This document shows positions 60,457 through 64,000 of a stretch of DNA of 64,000 bases, one piece after another. The notes below the pieces were generated by a model. That model was given only the letters and a program-made list of their open reading frames with translations. It was not told the origin of the DNA and ran no database searches. The DNA comes from Scenedesmus sp. PABB004 (taxonomy: Eukaryota), in contig JABVCE010000004.1 of NCBI GenBank assembly GCA_014905635.1, forward strand, positions 1,426,001 through 1,490,000, read 5' to 3'. The translations under genes and the position numbers were made by a program. Each line of letters opens with the position of its first letter. Position 1 is the first letter of the stretch.

Positions 60457-62927
60457 TCACAGCCCCGCGACGAGCCCCGCCGGCCCCGGGCTGGTCGACG
60501 TGAGCAGCGGCCGGAAGCCGAGCTGCTCCGCGGGGATGCCAAACTCGGCGAGCTTGGCCTCGTAGACGCGGATGAGGTCGTTGTGCGCCTTGCTCACCTT
60601 GGCCACGTCGTACTGCAGCGCGCGGATGGTGGCGTTCTTGCCCGTGAGCACCTCCTCCAGCTTGCGGTTGACCTGCGCGCGCGCGGCGGAGCGGTCTGCC
60701 GCGCCGCCCGGCGCGCGCGGCGCGGCCCAGCCGCGCGGGGCGCGCCGGCCGCGGCAGACGCGCGTGGGCCGCGCCCAGCCGCGGCGCAGCGCCCCGGGCG
60801 CGCGCGCGCCTGCTGCAGCGTCGCGGGGTCGAGGTGCGCCGCCGCGAGCACCTCGCCGAGCTGCGCGTCCTTCATCTCCAGCGCCTCGGCCAGCACCTCC
60901 ACGCGCTTCTCCAGCAGCATGCTCTTCAGGCCTGCCGGCGCGGCGGGCGCGGGGGCGCGGGCTGGCGCTGAGCCGGAGGCCAGCGGCCCGCGCGCGGCGC
61001 GGGCGGCGGCCGCCGCGGGCGCGCGCCCACCCGTCTTCTGGGCCACGTCGTGCACGCTGGCCTCAAACTTGTCGTACAGCGCGTCGCGCTCCGACTGTGC
61101 CGCCGCGAAGCGCTGCGCCAGCACCTCCGCCTCCCACTCCAGGTTTTTGATCTGCGCGGCGCCGCGGCGCTCCGGCCACCTGCCAGGCTGGCGCCGCGCC
61201 GCCGGCGCGCCGCGCACCTGCTTCTCCGCCGCCGCGAGCCGCGCCTTGGCCGCCGCGAGGCTCGCCTTGTCCTTGTCGGCCGAGGCCAGCGCGGCGCGCA
61301 GGCCCTCCACCTCCTTGAGCGCCCGCGCGAGCGGCTCGCTCAGGCGCTTGTTCTCGGCGGCGATCTCGTACCTGCGTGCGGCGGCGGCGGCGGCCCGCCC
61401 GCCGCGCCGTGAGCGCCGCCCAACGCCCGTGCCTGCGCACCCCCCCCCCCCCCCCCACACACACAGGGCGCGCAGCACGCATGGCGCGCACGGCACGCGC
61501 GCACGGCACGCGCGGGCCGGGGCGCACATGAGCTTCTCGTTCTGCGCCTCGCGCTTCTTCATCTCCGCCACGTCCGCCTTGAGCGCGGCGATGAGGTCCA
61601 GGTTGTTGTGCGTGATGTCGTTGTAGTACGCCTTGATCTCGCCAAACGAGCGCTCGTGCTTGCGCATGAGCTCGTTGATGTGCGTGTTCTGGCGGGAGCG
61701 GGAGGTGCGCGTCGCCGCGCGCCGCGCGCGCCGCCGCGCGCCCGAGCGCCGCGCCGTGTGCTGCGCGCGTCGCGCGGCGCCGCTGCGCACCTTGCGCTCC
61801 TCGATTTCGTGGACCTCCTGCTTGCGCCGCAGCTCGAGGTCGTCGCGCAGCATCTTCATCTTGCGCTCGCTCTTGACGCCGAGCTCGCGTGCGGCGAGCT
61901 CAAACTCCTGCCGCAGCTTGGTCAGCTCCTTGGCCTGCTCCAGCTTGAGCGCGCGCAGCATCTCCGCGTGCGCCAGCTCCTGCGCGCGTGCGCGCGTGCG
62001 CGGGGCGCGCGCAGCCGCTGGCGTGGGCCGCAGCCGCCGCGGGCCGTGCCCGCCGCAGCCGGCTGCCGCCGCCGGGTCCGGTCCGCGCCGGCGCCGCTGC
62101 GTTCGCGCCGCGCCTGCTCCTTGAGCTCCTGCTTGAGCGCGCGCTTGTCGCGGTTGAGCTCCGCCTCGCGCCGGCTGAACTCGTCCTGCTGCAGCTTCAG
62201 CGACAGCCCCCCGTCCGCCTTGAGCGTGGTGATGTTGTTCTGCTGCTCGTACAGCAGGTGCTTCACCTTCTGCTGGTAGATCTGCGGCGCACGCGGCAGC
62301 GCGGCGCCGCGGTCGGCCGCGCAGCGAGCGGCCAGCCGCGCCAGGGCAGCTGGGCGCCGCCGCCACCCGCGGCACGGGCGCCCGCCGGTCGCGTGCGCTC
62401 TGCCGCCCCGACCGCCGCTGCACCTTGAGCTCGCGCTGGTGCATGTCCTCGCTCTCCTCCATCTGGCGGTCCTGGTTGCGCATCTCGGCCTTGCGGTCCT
62501 CCAGGTCCTTCTTGGTGATCTCCCAGAACGCGTTGATCTTGTCCTGCGGGCCGCATGGTTCGCGCGCGTGAGCGCGCCGCGCCGCGCCGCGCGCGCGCCG
62601 CCTGCGTGCGTGCGCGTGCCGCCAGTCGCGCCGCGCCGCGCGCGGAGCTGGCGGCCCACCCGCTCGAGCTGCATGTAGTTGCGGTACTCCTCCTCCTTGG
62701 TGTTCTCTCGCTCGAGCGTCTGGATCTTCTGGTGCAGCTCCTCGATGCTCGCCGCCTCGACGTCGGCTGGCGCCGGCGCTGCATCCTTCTTCTTCTCCTT
62801 GGCGTCCTGCGGCGGGGTCACAGGGCGCGGGGTCACAGGGCGCCTGAGGCCACACACGGCCCTGCCACGCGCCGCGGTCCCTGCAGCGGCGCACCTTGGG
62901 CTTGGCGGCCTTCTTCTTCGGCGCCAT
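60457..62927 (-). CDS. DRC4: Dynein regulatory complex subunit 4 (GAS8/PF2)
   Basis: [67 protein letters not shown]. Confidence 0.95.
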
Positions 62928-63512
62928 TGCCGCTGCTGCTGGCGCGCGCGCCGCCGCGGCCGCGCCTGCGGCACCGGGCGCTGCTGGCCGGCCCGGCCGA
63001 GCCTGCCGCAAGCGCCGAGCTGCGAGCGAGCGCCCTGGGACGCGGGAGCGTGGAGCGGCGAAGACAAGGCGCGCTGCTGCTTGACCGAGCTCGCCCGCGG
63101 CGAGGGACCCACGAGCGTGGCTGGGCTTACGTCGAGAGGTGTCTCGCGTGCTCTTGGCTGACGAAAACAGCAGGAGCAGCTGCGCGGGGGCGTGACGACG
63201 CACGCTGGGCAGCTGAGCGGCCGGCGGCTGAGCGGCTCGCTCGGCGGCGCCCGCCGCGGAGAGATCAGGTTGCACACTCGCTCTCAGCCTGCTGCGCGTC
63301 TGCACGCGCCGCCCCCGCCCCCCGCCGGCCTCCCACGCGGCACGCTGCCTACGCCGACCACCGCGCGCGCGCGCCGCCGCCGCCGCCGCGCCGCGCGGCC
63401 CCCCGCGCGCCCCGGCGCCGGCGGGCAGCGCCGCGCGCCGTCAACGCACGATACAGAGGGTGCTGGCCCTGCAGCAGGCCCCTGGGCGTCCTAGAAGGCC
63501 CCCGGGGGCCTC

Positions 63513-64000
63513 CTAGTAGACCTCCACATGCCAAAGACCCTTGTGCTTCAAGCCCTCCACAAACTCCTCGAAGTTGAGGCCCTTTGCCTCAGCAACGCCC
63601 TTGAGCATGTCCAGGATGCCGGGCATCATGCCCTTGAGGCCGCAGAAGTACATGTGCGCGCCGTTGTCGAGCAGGTCAAACACCTCGTCGGCGTACTCCT
63701 CGACCTGCGCGGCGCGCGACAGGCACGCGGCGGCGAGAGAGACGCGGCGGCGAGAGAGACGCGGCGGGCGGCGGGCGGCGCGCGGGCTGGGCGGGCGCGT
63801 GCGCTGGGGCGCGCGGGCGCGGGCGGGCGGCGCGCGCCGCCGCCGCCGCGCCGGGGCGGCCCGCGCGCGGTGCGGCGCCGCGCCCCGCGCCGCGCGCGCG
63901 CCTTGTCCTGGATGTACATCTTGCCGCCGCGCTTGTTCTTGGGCCCCTCGCGGCTGAGCGCGTAGTCGAGGCGGAAGTTCTCGGGGAAGGTCGCGGTGAT
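63513..64000 (-). CDS. FNR: Ferredoxin-NADP+ reductase, 3' part; continues beyond the window
   Basis: [35 protein letters not shown] then stop. Confidence 0.96.
   Translation of the reverse strand, partial: HRDLPRELPPRLRAQPRGAQEQARRQDVHPGQGARAARGAAPHRARAAPARRRRRAPPARARAPQRTRPPSPRAARRPPRLSRRRVSLAAACLSRAAQVEEYADEVFDLLDNGAHMYFCGLKGMMPGILDMLKGVAEAKGLNFEEFVEGLKHKGLWHVEVY

Noticed and set aside
1..64000. Many long overlapping Arg/Ala/Pro/Gly-rich ORFs, e.g. 52652-55717 and 33482-36208
   Set aside because: Stop codons are rare at this GC content; these are antisense or intron read-through frames of identified genes
1..64000. Operon-like or biosynthetic gene cluster
   Set aside because: Neighbouring genes are functionally unrelated; no transposase, rRNA or tRNA recognised

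Overview
Nuclear genomic DNA from a very GC-rich green alga (Chlorophyta, probably Chlorophyceae, inferred from LHCA4, FNR and DRC4 sequences and TGTAA poly(A) signals). Most long ORFs in the six-frame track are artefacts of the GC content. The real content is about 25 densely packed, intron-rich genes, which I spliced by eye: DUF599, a methyltransferase-riboflavin kinase fusion, ankyrin-HDAC, a CUE protein, glutaminyl cyclase, bestrophin, WDR70, DUF212, F-box/LRR, lumenal FKBP, a degenerate UDP-sugar epimerase, COPT, KAS I, a POLLUX-like channel, LHCA4, RPN5, START/COQ10, CFAP97-like, EXD3/Mut-7, patatin, ATX-like SET, DRC4 and the 3' end of FNR. Two observations stand out. First, the EXD3/Mut-7 nuclease carries an internal YbaK-type tRNA-editing domain. 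Second, about 26 of roughly 130 introns use GC donors, always after an exonic AG. Also notable are a bestrophin with a Rubisco-binding-type motif, a probable pseudo-epimerase, a chimeric local duplication, and several probable single-G assembly deletions. CDS coordinates span first to last codon including introns. All family calls come from motif recognition, with no database search.
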